Counted from the first letter of the stretch, positions 1 to 9,349 are shown. The stretch: 64,000 bases of DNA from Peptococcaceae bacterium BICA1-8 (GCA_000802045.1 JUEF01000135.1:8287-72286); one strand, 5' to 3'. Made by a program: numbers and translations. Notes: generated by a model from the sequence alone, not told the origin.

Positions 1-2
1 CC

Positions 3-449
3 CAAGAAAGATTGGCAGCTGGCCCTGTGGCTGTTATTGAATGTTTTCAAGAAATCCCCTGCAACCCCTGTTGGGAAGCATGTGCTAAGGGAGCCATTTT
101 AGGGATGGATGATATGAACAATATTCCTCAGCTAGATCTTGATAAATGCAACGGCTGTGGGACCTGTGCCCTGAAATGCCCAGGCTTAGCCATATTTATT
201 ATTGACTCATCCTATAGTTCTACTGAGGCTGTTGTCCGGCTTCCCTATGAATTCTATCCTCTTCCCGAGGTGGATGAAGAAGTAATAGGCTTGAATAGGG
301 CTGGGGAAAAGCTGGGTAAATTCAAGGTGATAAAAGTGCAAAAAGGTGGAAAACAAAATAAAACCGCCTTAATATGGATTGCTGTTCCCCACGAGTTAGC
401 TATGGAATTAAGAAATATTCGGATAGAAAGGGTGGTAAACGTTGGATAA
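3..449 (+). CDS. Fe-S protein, C-terminal part (4Fe-4S-type Cys motifs); reading frame is open to the left window edge
   Basis: Motifs CNPCWEAC and CNGCGTCALKCP. No stop between nt 3 and the listed start at 12. Overlaps the next ORF by 8 nt, suggesting translational coupling. Confidence 0.6.
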   Translation, partial: QERLAAGPVAVIECFQEIPCNPCWEACAKGAILGMDDMNNIPQLDLDKCNGCGTCALKCPGLAIFIIDSSYSSTEAVVRLPYEFYPLPEVDEEVIGLNRAGEKLGKFKVIKVQKGGKQNKTALIWIAVPHELAMELRNIRIERVVNVG

Positions 450-708
450 AGAAATATTTGTTTGCCGCTGTGAAGATATTACTTTAACTCAAATTAAGGA
501 ATTAATCAGTCAAGGTCATAGAACTATAGATGAGATAAAAAGGGTTAGCAGGGCTGGGATGGGTCCCTGTCAGGGTAGAACTTGTCGAATGCTCATAGCT
601 CAAGAATTGGCTAAAGCCTATGGGGTAAATGTAGAAGAGGTTTTAATGCCTTCTTTTCGGCCACCGGTAAAGCCAATAAAATTAGGGCTTTTGGCGGGAG
701 GGGAATAA
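442..708 (+). CDS. BFD-like (2Fe-2S)-binding small protein
   Basis: CRCEDIT...GPCQGRTC motif pattern typical of BFD-like [2Fe-2S] domains. TTG start with AAGGGTGG RBS 6 nt upstream. Confidence 0.8.
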   Translation: MDKEIFVCRCEDITLTQIKELISQGHRTIDEIKRVSRAGMGPCQGRTCRMLIAQELAKAYGVNVEEVLMPSFRPPVKPIKLGLLAGGE

Positions 709-709
709 T

Positions 710-1858
710 ATGCAGAAAACAAGCAGCATAGTGATCATTGGCGGTGGAGTAATTGGCTGTGCTTTAGCTTATCAGTTAGCAAGACGGGGTGTTAAAGATA
801 TTGTAGTTTTAGAAAAGGAATACTTAACATCTGGCGCTACTGGTCGTTGTGGGGCAGGTGTTAGACAGCAATGGGCTACTGAGACTAACTGTTTATTAGC
901 AAAAGAAAGTGTAAGAATGTTTGAAAACATGAATGAAGAACTAGGCTACTCCAAGGATATAGAATTTAAGCAGAAGGGATATCTCTTGTTAGCTTATACG
1001 GACGATCAGTGGAATCAGTTTAAAAAGAATGTGAAATTGCAGAAGAGCTTAGGTATCCCCGTTGAAATGGTCAAACCCCAAAAAGCAAAAGAGATTGTAC
1101 CCCATCTTAATATTGAAGGTCTTATTGGAGCTACATATTGCGGTACTGACGGCCATGCTAATCCTTTTCATGTAACATATGCTTATGCTGAGGCAGCACG
1201 GAAGTTAGGTGTAAAAATTGAAACCTATACTGAGGTTATTGGCTTTGAAGTAGAAAAGGGGAAAATTAAGAAAGTGAAAACAAACAGGGGGGATATTTAT
1301 GCTCCTATTGTGGTCAACTGTGCTGGTCCACATAGTGGTGAGATTGCTAAAATGGCTGGGGAAGAAATTCCTATTTATCCCGAACGGCACCAAGCCTTGG
1401 TAACAGAACCCGTAGAAAGTATCCAAGATCCGATGGTGATTTCATTTCACCACCATATCTATTGCCAACAGGTACCTCATGGGAGTTTTGTTATGGGAAT
1501 GGGAGACCCTAATGAACCAACCAGCTTTAATCAAAAATCAAGCTGGCAGTTTTTAGAAGAAATGGCTCAGAAGGTTGTAAGTATTCTGCCACCACTAAAG
1601 GATATTAGAGTTGTGCGGCAATGGGCAGGTTTATATGATATGAGCCCTGATGCCAATCCAGTCATAGATGAGTTAGCAAGCGTTAAAGGCTTTTATACAG
1701 TGGCTGGCTTTAGTGGCCACGGGTTTATGGTGGCGCCTATTACAGGTGTAATGGTAGCTCAGTTGATTTTAGGTGAAGAGACTTCTCTGCCTGTTCATCC
1801 TTTTGGTTTAGAGCGTTTTAAAAGAGGAGAGTATCTCTTGGAGCATTCAGTTGTTTAG
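710..1858 (+). CDS. FAD-dependent oxidoreductase, DAO family (sarcosine/proline/opine dehydrogenase beta-subunit-like)
   Basis: N-terminal Rossmann fingerprint VIIGGGVIGCALAYQLARRG. Length 382 aa. Tightly packed behind the two Fe-S ORFs. Confidence 0.85.
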   Translation: MQKTSSIVIIGGGVIGCALAYQLARRGVKDIVVLEKEYLTSGATGRCGAGVRQQWATETNCLLAKESVRMFENMNEELGYSKDIEFKQKGYLLLAYTDDQWNQFKKNVKLQKSLGIPVEMVKPQKAKEIVPHLNIEGLIGATYCGTDGHANPFHVTYAYAEAARKLGVKIETYTEVIGFEVEKGKIKKVKTNRGDIYAPIVVNCAGPHSGEIAKMAGEEIPIYPERHQALVTEPVESIQDPMVISFHHHIYCQQVPHGSFVMGMGDPNEPTSFNQKSSWQFLEEMAQKVVSILPPLKDIRVVRQWAGLYDMSPDANPVIDELASVKGFYTVAGFSGHGFMVAPITGVMVAQLILGEETSLPVHPFGLERFKRGEYLLEHSVV

Positions 1859-1865
1859 TGGAAAT

Positions 1866-2036
1866 GGGACACACCTCCTTAAAAGCTAGACTCTGGTGCC
1901 GAGGAATGTCCCCATCTGTATTGGACGCACCTCCTTTGTAGATGCTTAACTCTTAGGCTGAGGAATGTCCCGATCGGTATGGGACACACCTCCTAAAAGC
2001 TAGACTCTGGTGCCGAGGAATGTCCCCGATTAAAAA
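1866..2036 (+). repeat. Tandem ~57-bp repeat, three units (outer two near identical, middle one diverged)
   Basis: GGGACACACCTCC(T)TAAAAGCTAGACTCTGGTGCCGAGGAATGTCCCC occurs at 1866 and 1981, with a degenerate copy at 1923. Each unit starts GGGACA and ends TGTCCC. Confidence 0.9.
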
Positions 2037-2081
2037 GAATTGGTGATAAAAAAAATAAAGTAAATAAGTGGGGTGAAATAG

Positions 2082-2501
2082 ATGAAATTTCTGGATAAGA
2101 ATGAGGAGCTTTGTACAAAATGTCATCTTTGTGAGGAAGTTTGTGCTGCTGCTATCAATAAAAGTGATGACAGAGAAAAATCCGCTATCAGAATTGATGA
2201 TGAGAAAGATATAGGTATAATTAATGTCTGCAATCAGTGCGGGGAATGTATTGAGGTTTGTTCGGAACAGGCTATTTTCAAGGCAAAAAATGGAGTAATC
2301 CTCATAAATAAAAGTAAGTGTATTGGATGTCTGATTTGTGTAGGCTATTGTCCCAGCCTGTCTATGATTTTTCATGAAGATATACCTGCTCCATTTAAAT
2401 GTATTGCCTGTGGCAAATGTACAGATGAATGTCCCAGCGGAGCTATTTTCCTTAAGGAAATAATAGACGAAGAGCAGGTAGCAGCAGGTGTAGCGGAATA
2501 A
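2082..2501 (+). CDS. Polyferredoxin-type 4Fe-4S protein (likely electron partner of the downstream AOR)
   Basis: Several CxxCxxCxxxC(P) motifs (CTKCHLCEEVC, CNQCGECIEVC, CIGCLICVGYCP, CIACGKCTDECP). 19 nt upstream of the AOR gene. Confidence 0.85.
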   Translation: MKFLDKNEELCTKCHLCEEVCAAAINKSDDREKSAIRIDDEKDIGIINVCNQCGECIEVCSEQAIFKAKNGVILINKSKCIGCLICVGYCPSLSMIFHEDIPAPFKCIACGKCTDECPSGAIFLKEIIDEEQVAAGVAE

Positions 2502-2520
2502 AAAGTTAAGGAGGAAAAAA

Positions 2521-4695
2521 ATGAGTTGTATTTTGACTGCAGAACATGTTCACAAAATAAAAGCAGCCCGTAAAGTTCTCAAAGAGTTTAAATACGAGCC
2601 GGCTAAGCTTGAAAAAGGTTATGCCAACAAATCCTTATATATCAATATTAGTAATAACTCAATAGTATCCAAAGATGTTACAGAAAAAATGAAGGATGTC
2701 TTTATCGGTGGTAAAGGTTTTGGTTTATGGTATCTATGGAATGCAGTTAACCCTCTAACCAAATGGAATGACCCCGAAAATGAAATTGTTATTTCACCGG
2801 GTCCTATCGCTGGTATTACCCAATATCCTGGTGCGGGGAAATCTTTGGTTGTCAGTATATCACCTACCACGGGCTCCGTGGTGGACAGTAATGTAGGCGG
2901 TCATTTTGGACCATTTTTAAAGTTTTCCGGCTGGGATGCTTTAGAAATTCAAGGTAAGGCTGATCGGGAAGTGATAATTTTTATTGACGGAAACAAAGGA
3001 ACTATTTCAATAGAAGAGGCACCTCTTGAATCCGTTGACACCCACTTAATTATTGAAGAATTGACAGAAATGTATGCTGAATCAGATGAGGATAAGAGAA
3101 ATATTTCTGTAGTATCTTCCGGTACTGCTGCTCAAAATTCTTATATTGGTTTGCTTAATTTCAGTTTTTACGATAAAAGGAGAAAGTCTCCCAGGGTAAA
3201 ACAGGCAGGCCGGGGGGGTATTGGAACTGTATTCAGAGACAAGAAAATTAAAGCCATCGTTGTCAAATTCAATGGTGTTAAGGGTGATTTGAACAACCCC
3301 GTAGACCTTAAAAAAATTCAAGAACTGGGAATTAAACTTCATAAAGAAATCCATGATTTTGATGCTATCCAGACCCAAAAGCGAGAAGTAGGTACTGCCA
3401 ATCTGGTGGAGATAATGAATGATTATGACCTGCTGCCGGTTAATAATTTTAAATACGGCAATCATCCTGAGACTTGGAAAATAGATTCTAAGCAGATTAA
3501 GAAAAAAGTAACACAAAATATGCCCGACGGCTGCTGGTACGGTTGTTCCATGGCCTGTGCCAAGGCGGTAGACGGCTTTATACTAAAAACAGGTCCTTAT
3601 AAAGGTCAAAAGGTCTTAATTGACGGACCGGAATATGAGACTGTCGCAGCAGTAGGCAGTAACTTGGGTATCTTTAACTTGGATCATGTTTTAGAGTGCA
3701 ACTTCTATTGTGATACTTATGGGGTTGATACCATTTCTCTAGGTACTACCACAGCCTTCTTGATGGAGTGCTATGAAAGCAATATTCTCAATAAAGAAAT
3801 TACCGGAGGCTTAGAGTTGACCTTTGGCAATAAGGACGCTGCCATGGAACTTCTCCATCAAATGTCTCGAGGTGAAAGCTTTGGTAAGATTGCTGGTCTA
3901 GGTGTTAGAAAAATTAAAGAGCTTCTGGTTAAGGAGTATGGTGCCGAGCCACAATTTTTAAATGATATTGGAATGGAAAATAAAGGTATGGAGTATTCCC
4001 AGTATATCTCTAAGGAATCTTTAGCCCAACAGGGTGGTTATGCCATGACCAACAAGGGACCCCAGCATGACGAGGCTTGGCTGATATTTATGGATATGGT
4101 TAATAACCAAATTCCTAGCTTTGAAGATAAGGCAGAAGCCCTGCATTATTTCCCAATGTTCCGTACTTGGTTCGGCCTAATGGGCTTATGTAAGCTGCCC
4201 TGGAATGATATAGAACCTGCTAATAATAGGCAGACAAGTGAACCTGCCAAGGTTCCTGAGCATGTACAGAACTATGTAGAGTTATTTAACAGTGTAACTG
4301 GAAAAACTATTAATAAACAAGAATTGATAGTCCAGTCTGAGCGGGTTTATAACTTCCAGCGGATTTTTAATATCAAAATGGGCTTTGGGCAGAAGGTTCA
4401 TGACAATCCGCCTTACCGCTCTGTTGGACCTGTAACAGTTGAGGAATATCTATCTCGTCAGGACCGTTATGACCAGCAGATGAAGGAATTAATAGGTGTA
4501 GCTCCTGACGGGAAAACTATTGAAGAGAAAATTAAGATTACCCGTAAATATAGAGAAGACCAATACGAAGAGTTAAGACAGACGGTTTATAAGAGAAGGG
4601 GCTGGACGGAAAACGGTATTCCAACTCTGGAGCACATTAGAAATCTGGGTATAGATTTCCCAGAGGTTCTAGAAGTTGTAAATAAACATCTCTAA
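2521..4695 (+). CDS. Aldehyde:ferredoxin oxidoreductase family (tungstopterin enzyme), long 724-aa variant
   Basis: AOR N-terminal domain pattern (GYANKSLYINIS...GGKGFG) and Cys cluster GCWYGCSMAC. Strong GGAGG RBS. Confidence 0.9.
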   Translation: MSCILTAEHVHKIKAARKVLKEFKYEPAKLEKGYANKSLYINISNNSIVSKDVTEKMKDVFIGGKGFGLWYLWNAVNPLTKWNDPENEIVISPGPIAGITQYPGAGKSLVVSISPTTGSVVDSNVGGHFGPFLKFSGWDALEIQGKADREVIIFIDGNKGTISIEEAPLESVDTHLIIEELTEMYAESDEDKRNISVVSSGTAAQNSYIGLLNFSFYDKRRKSPRVKQAGRGGIGTVFRDKKIKAIVVKFNGVKGDLNNPVDLKKIQELGIKLHKEIHDFDAIQTQKREVGTANLVEIMNDYDLLPVNNFKYGNHPETWKIDSKQIKKKVTQNMPDGCWYGCSMACAKAVDGFILKTGPYKGQKVLIDGPEYETVAAVGSNLGIFNLDHVLECNFYCDTYGVDTISLGTTTAFLMECYESNILNKEITGGLELTFGNKDAAMELLHQMSRGESFGKIAGLGVRKIKELLVKEYGAEPQFLNDIGMENKGMEYSQYISKESLAQQGGYAMTNKGPQHDEAWLIFMDMVNNQIPSFEDKAEALHYFPMFRTWFGLMGLCKLPWNDIEPANNRQTSEPAKVPEHVQNYVELFNSVTGKTINKQELIVQSERVYNFQRIFNIKMGFGQKVHDNPPYRSVGPVTVEEYLSRQDRYDQQMKELIGVAPDGKTIEEKIKITRKYREDQYEELRQTVYKRRGWTENGIPTLEHIRNLGIDFPEVLEVVNKHL

Positions 4696-4717
4696 AATAA
4701 TAAACCGGAGTGATATA

Positions 4718-4915
4718 ATGATAAAGGTAAACAACAGGCCGGTAGAGTGGCAGGAGGGTATGACCATAAAAAAACTAATAAACATCCTCAAATACTCCTA
4801 CCCTGTACTGATTGTCACTATAAACGGCGAACATATCCCAAGGGAAAAATATGAAGCAGCTACCGTCTCAGACGGTGATGACGTAAAAATAATCCATCCT
4901 ATTGCAGGAGGATAA
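4718..4915 (+). CDS. ThiS/MoaD-like ubiquitin-fold sulfur-carrier protein
   Basis: 65 aa ending in the diagnostic C-terminal GG (..HPIAGG). Sits directly after the AOR gene. Confidence 0.8.
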   Translation: MIKVNNRPVEWQEGMTIKKLINILKYSYPVLIVTINGEHIPREKYEAATVSDGDDVKIIHPIAGG

Positions 4916-4917
4916 AA

Positions 4918-4954
4918 ACAAAGCCGGCCTTTTGGGGTCGGTTTTGTTTCGTTT
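4918..4954 (+). terminator. Putative intrinsic terminator after the AOR operon
   Basis: 10-bp stem ACAAAGCCGG/TCGGTTTTGT (with G-U pairs), 10-nt loop, then a T-rich tract. Confidence 0.55.
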
Positions 4955-5055
4955 GGAAAGGGAAGTACTTGCTATGTTAGCATATATTTAATAGATAGGG
5001 ATATAATTGTATCATGCTGAATCCCTGAAGCATTTTCATAATATTTTCCCGTTGG

Positions 5056-5088
5056 TAGGGGCAGACCTGTGTATGTGCGTCTGCCCTA
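5056..5088. repeat. REP-like GC-rich hairpin (TAGGGGCAGAC ... GTCTGCCCTA)
   Basis: Near-perfect inverted repeat. Belongs to the GTAGGGG-hairpin class also seen at 23396, 23549 and 34771. Confidence 0.7.
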
Positions 5089-5194
5089 TGGTATTTTGTA
5101 TTTAACAAATAAAATAATTTCCATGAAGGAATTTGTTCTAAATTGTTGAATAAACTATGTTTAATTCTGTTTTTATAATAAGGGAGGGAATATA

Positions 5195-5482
5195 ATGCAG
5201 GCTAAAGGAAGTACAAGGATAGTTGTTACAGTTGTTGGTAAAGACAAAGTAGGTATCATCGCTGGTGTGGCTAACGTGTTGAGTGACTTAAATGCAAATA
5301 TCTTAGACATAAGCCAAACGATTTTACAGGATTTCTTTACCATGATAATGATTGTAGATATTGCCAAGTGTAATGTAGATTTCAATACGCTCAAAACAAG
5401 ACTGGAGGATAAAGGACAGGGAATCGGAGTAAAAATATCAGCACAGCATGAGGATGTTTTCGAATTTATGCATCGGATCTAA
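5195..5482 (+). CDS. ACT domain protein (UPF0237-type)
   Basis: VVTVVGKDKVGIIAGV ACT fold signature. Conserved pairing with the downstream UPF0210 gene. Confidence 0.85.
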   Translation: MQAKGSTRIVVTVVGKDKVGIIAGVANVLSDLNANILDISQTILQDFFTMIMIVDIAKCNVDFNTLKTRLEDKGQGIGVKISAQHEDVFEFMHRI

Positions 5483-5497
5483 AGGAGGAAGAAACAA

Positions 5498-6865
5498 ATG
5501 CCAATTTCCATTACTACAGAAGAAATATTAGAAACTATTCGGATGGTGGAGGCTGAGAATCTCGATATCCGTACAATTACTATGGGAATTTCTTTACGGG
5601 ACTGTGCCCATTCTGACCTAAAAGTTACCTGTAGAAAAATATATGATAAGGTGACCCATACAGCAGGAGATCTGCTAAAAGTAGGAGCACAAATTGAGGC
5701 AGAATATGGAATACCCATTATAAATAAAAGAATCTCTGTTACTCCTATTGCCATTGTGGCGGAAGCGTGTGAGGCGGAAAATTATGTTGATATAGCTATA
5801 AGTCTTGATAAAGCAGCCAAAGAGGTCGGCGTGAATTTTATCGGAGGTTTTTCCGCTTTAGTACATAAGGGATTAACCAAAGGTGATGAGAAGCTAATCT
5901 ATTCTATACCTCAAAGCTTGGCCCAAACAGAAAGAGTTTGTGCTTCTGTTAATGTTGCCACAACTAAAGCAGGCATCAATATGGACGCTGTAAAAATAAT
6001 GGGAAGAATAATTAAAGAAACAGCAGAATTAACCAAAGAAAAAAATGGCTTGGGTTGTGCAAAACTGGTAGTTTTCTGTAATGTACCAGAAGACAATCCC
6101 TTTATGGCCGGAGCCTTTCATGGTATTGGCGAACCGGAAGCAGTTATTAATGTAGGTGTCAGTGGCCCCGGGGTTATCTTAAATGTAGTCAGAGCAAACC
6201 CTGATATTACCTTTGGTGTGCTAGCTAGCAGGATTAAGGAAACTGCCTTTAAAATAACTAGAATGGGAGAATTAGTGGGTAAGCAAGCGGCTAGAAGATT
6301 AGGTCTTCCTTTTGGTATTGTTGACCTTTCTCTAGCTCCTACTCCTGCCGTCGGTGACAGTGTTGCTGATATTCTAGAAGCTATGGGTCTGGAAAGATGT
6401 GGAACCCACGGAACAACGGCTGCCTTAGCCATGCTTAATGATGCGGTAAAAAAAGGTGGGGCTATGGCATCTTCTTATGTAGGAGGTTTAAGTGGTGCGT
6501 TTATTCCCGTTAGTGAAGATGCAGGGATGATTAGGGCCGTTGAAGAGGGTGCCTTAGATATAAATAAATTAGAAGCCCTGACCTGTGTCTGTTCTGTTGG
6601 ATTGGATATGATTGCAGTACCAGGTGATACCAGTGCTGCAACTCTTTCCGCAATTATTGCCGATGAAGCAGCTATTGGAATGATCAATAAGAAAACCACT
6701 GCTGTTCGAATTATTCCTGTTCCAGGTAAGCAGGTAGGTGAGATGGTAGTCTTTGGCGGGTTATTAGGACGTGCTCCTATTATGCCTGTAAATAAATTTA
6801 GCTCGGAAAGCTTTATTAATCGAGGAGGCAGGATACCAGCACCTATCCATGCCCTAAACAACTAA
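5498..6865 (+). CDS. UPF0210 / PFL-like (DUF711) family protein
   Basis: 455 aa. N-terminus [30 protein letters not shown] is typical of UPF0210. Coupled to the ACT gene. Confidence 0.9.
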   Translation: MPISITTEEILETIRMVEAENLDIRTITMGISLRDCAHSDLKVTCRKIYDKVTHTAGDLLKVGAQIEAEYGIPIINKRISVTPIAIVAEACEAENYVDIAISLDKAAKEVGVNFIGGFSALVHKGLTKGDEKLIYSIPQSLAQTERVCASVNVATTKAGINMDAVKIMGRIIKETAELTKEKNGLGCAKLVVFCNVPEDNPFMAGAFHGIGEPEAVINVGVSGPGVILNVVRANPDITFGVLASRIKETAFKITRMGELVGKQAARRLGLPFGIVDLSLAPTPAVGDSVADILEAMGLERCGTHGTTAALAMLNDAVKKGGAMASSYVGGLSGAFIPVSEDAGMIRAVEEGALDINKLEALTCVCSVGLDMIAVPGDTSAATLSAIIADEAAIGMINKKTTAVRIIPVPGKQVGEMVVFGGLLGRAPIMPVNKFSSESFINRGGRIPAPIHALNN

Positions 6866-6890
6866 AGATTATTTTTAAGTTATTAGCTTT

Positions 6891-6921
6891 TACCGTCCTA
6901 AGCAGGGCGGTATTTTTTTTT
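6891..6921 (+). terminator. Intrinsic terminator
   Basis: 9-bp stem TACCGTCCT/AGGGCGGTA, loop AAGC, followed by T9. Confidence 0.85.
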
Positions 6922-6962
6922 CTTAAATGGGGAAAATATCACTAAGATGGGGAGGAGTTAGG

Positions 6963-7259
6963 GTGCTAAACACTAACAAAAAAATCGAAGATTTGCTTAA
7001 AAAATTATCACTAGATATGGAAAAAATGAAATTAGCCGAATATATTGAGCTCCTAAATAACCCCAAAAGACTTCTTTGGGTAAATTTTATTGCAGGGGTT
7101 GCTAGAGGATTAGGTACCGCTATAGGATTTACAATTCTTTTTGCAATAATTCTTTACTTTTTGCAGAAACTAGTATTGTTAAAGCTACCTCTGATAAGTG
7201 ATTTTATAGCAGATATCGTAAGGATGGTACAAAACAATACTAGAATTCCTAAATATTGA
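6963..7259 (+). CDS. Small membrane protein (DUF5665-like)
   Basis: Motif NFIAGVARGLGTAIGFTI plus a TM helix. GTG at 6963 is preferred because of the GGAGGAG RBS 5 nt upstream; the ORF track starts at 6927. Confidence 0.6.
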   Translation: MLNTNKKIEDLLKKLSLDMEKMKLAEYIELLNNPKRLLWVNFIAGVARGLGTAIGFTILFAIILYFLQKLVLLKLPLISDFIADIVRMVQNNTRIPKY

Positions 7260-7278
7260 GAAGAGGAAGGTATTATGT

Positions 7279-8004
7279 ATGGACAATCTAAAACAAAAAA
7301 AATATAAAGACCTATTGGAAAAACTTAAAGGGGAGTATAGTGAATTAATTAACTCATTAGAACAAGGATTAAATGATCCAATGAGTTGGACAACTTCAGA
7401 GCTCTCTTTATATGATAACCATCCTGCTGATGTAGCTAGTGAAGTTTATGAAAGAGGGAAAGACATCGGCTTTAAAACTTACGCTTTAGAGCAGATTGAA
7501 AAGGTAGAAGATGCTTTAGAAAGATTAGAACAAGGGAAGTATGGCACTTGTGATAAATGCGGCCAGTTTATTCCTGAAGAAAGGCTAGATACAATTCCCT
7601 TAACAACAATGTGTGTTAAATGTCGAAAAGAGGAATGGGAGGATGGAACCCAATATAACCTAAAAGCCAGGAGACCTGTAGAAGAAGAAGTGGTAATGCC
7701 GCCCTTTGGTGGGGAAACCAACGATACCTTTGAAGACAAATTAGGACAAGGATTAGATCTTAATGAATTCGATGGCGAGGATTCTTGGCAAGCCGTTGCC
7801 CGTTATGGCACTTCTGAGTCCCCTAGTGATATAGGAAGTGTCCTCAATTATAACAATACATATTATGATTATGATGAGGATATAGGAACAGTGGAGACGT
7901 ATGAACAGATTCCCGTATACAAGGATGAGGATGGGCAGTTTTATCAAGATTTTAAAGGATTAGATGATGAGGATGGACCACCCGATGCCCATGATGAAGA
8001 TTAG
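7279..8004 (+). CDS. DksA/TraR C4 zinc-finger protein, YteA/YlyA-like, with acidic C-terminal tail
   Basis: CDKCGQFIPEERL...CVKC zinc finger. Position upstream of lspA matches Bacillus ylyA synteny. Confidence 0.8.
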   Translation: MDNLKQKKYKDLLEKLKGEYSELINSLEQGLNDPMSWTTSELSLYDNHPADVASEVYERGKDIGFKTYALEQIEKVEDALERLEQGKYGTCDKCGQFIPEERLDTIPLTTMCVKCRKEEWEDGTQYNLKARRPVEEEVVMPPFGGETNDTFEDKLGQGLDLNEFDGEDSWQAVARYGTSESPSDIGSVLNYNNTYYDYDEDIGTVETYEQIPVYKDEDGQFYQDFKGLDDEDGPPDAHDED

Positions 8005-8014
8005 GTAATCTATT

Positions 8015-8599
8015 ATGTATTTATATGCGGATCGAATTATACTCCAAATATTAGCATTTTCCTTAGGACCATTTTTAGGATTACTAACCGCAGCATTTGT
8101 TAACCCTTGGGCAGGTATAATTATTGGACTGACAGCCTTTATATTTATATTTTTTCAGCCGTTTTTTTCTGATTGTTGCTTGAAAAATACTGCAAAAGAC
8201 CTCGGGTTAGAAAAAATATTACTAGCTGAAGGTAATGTAAAGTATTATTCCAGAAGTTTAGATTTAACAGGAAAACTATATCTTTGTCGGGACAAGATAA
8301 CCTTCGTCATAAATAATAAGGTGGACATTATTCTGCCAGTAGAAAAAATTTTAAAGGTGCAGGGGGAAACTGAGCAAATCGATGAGGAAGCTCTCAAGTT
8401 AACTCCTATGTTTGAACGAAGATCCCCCAATCTTCCTCAAGTTACTCAGATGGTTACGGAAATAGCTGTGTTAAACTGTGGTATCTTACAGATAACTGTT
8501 GAACAGAGTATTTTTAGCAATGAATTCTGCTTCGAGGTATCTGATATTAATCTATGGGTAAAAAAGGTAATTGAACTACAAAAAAGCCGGGCGCTGTAA
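8015..8599 (+). CDS. Hypothetical membrane protein (two N-terminal TM helices plus a soluble domain)
   Basis: ORF with a hydrophobic N-terminus. No family recognised. Confidence 0.55.
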   Translation: MYLYADRIILQILAFSLGPFLGLLTAAFVNPWAGIIIGLTAFIFIFFQPFFSDCCLKNTAKDLGLEKILLAEGNVKYYSRSLDLTGKLYLCRDKITFVINNKVDIILPVEKILKVQGETEQIDEEALKLTPMFERRSPNLPQVTQMVTEIAVLNCGILQITVEQSIFSNEFCFEVSDINLWVKKVIELQKSRAL

Positions 8600-8619
8600 G
8601 CCTGGCTTTAACACCTATT

Positions 8620-8810
8620 ATTTAACCACGGGCCCCTTCAGGGCACACGGATATACACGGTTAAAAAAATAAATAATATTAAAAATTATTTGTCTATCCT
8701 GAATGAGGCAAAACCCTAATTCATTACTATGGAAGTACTTATTGTTGCTGTGTCATCTCCTAATCCATACCGTGTTCATCTGTGTGCCCCAGAGGGGCCC
8801 GTGGTTAAAT
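8620..8810. mobile_element. MITE/BIME-like 191-bp element bounded by 33-bp inverted repeats
   Basis: Left end is ATTTAACCACGGGCCCCTTCAGGGCACACGGAT. The reverse complement of the right end is ATTTAACCACGGGCCCCTCTGGGGCACACAGAT (29/33 identical). No ORF inside. Confidence 0.6.
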
Positions 8811-8902
8811 TAATGCCTTTGCCTCTTGAACGTTGTAGGCGATTTGTTATTTTTATGCTAAAATTACAGGGTACAGAAATTTTTGTTGGTTGAAGGAGTG
8901 AC

Positions 8903-9349
8903 TTGCAGTTGTTTTTTTGGATAACTATAGTAATTGTATTAATTATTGATCAAGGCACTAAAATATTGGTGAAAACCACCATGTCGTTGTATGAAAGCAT
9001 AGCGTTGATCCCTAATATCTTTCACTTAACTTATATAGAAAATCCCGGAGCTGCTTTTGGATTACTTGCTAATCAAAGAGTTTTTTTTATAGTTATAACA
9101 ACTATAATTTTACTGGCAGTTATCTATTTTTATAATCAATTAAAGGGTCAACACCTGTTATTGCGAATTGCTTTAGGAATGGTAGTAGGAGGAGCATTAG
9201 GTAATTTAGTTGATCGAGTACGAATGGGTACAGTAACAGATTTTTTTGACTTTAGAATTTGGCCTGTTTTTAATATCGCCGATTCAGCCATTGTTTTAGG
9301 AATGATTTATATCTCATACCAGCTTCTCTTTCAAGGGGAGGAATTTTAA
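8903..9349 (+). CDS. lspA: Lipoprotein signal peptidase II
   Basis: Motifs NPGAAFG and FNIADSAI. TTG start (8903 or 8909) after a GAAGGAG RBS. Confidence 0.85.
   Translation: MQLFFWITIVIVLIIDQGTKILVKTTMSLYESIALIPNIFHLTYIENPGAAFGLLANQRVFFIVITTIILLAVIYFYNQLKGQHLLLRIALGMVVGGALGNLVDRVRMGTVTDFFDFRIWPVFNIADSAIVLGMIYISYQLLFQGEEF

Noticed and set aside
1953-2375. 140-aa minus-strand ORF overlapping the repeat triplet and the ferredoxin gene.
   Set aside because: It is antisense to a Cys-motif-rich ferredoxin with a good RBS. It has low-complexity composition, and its start lies inside another gene.
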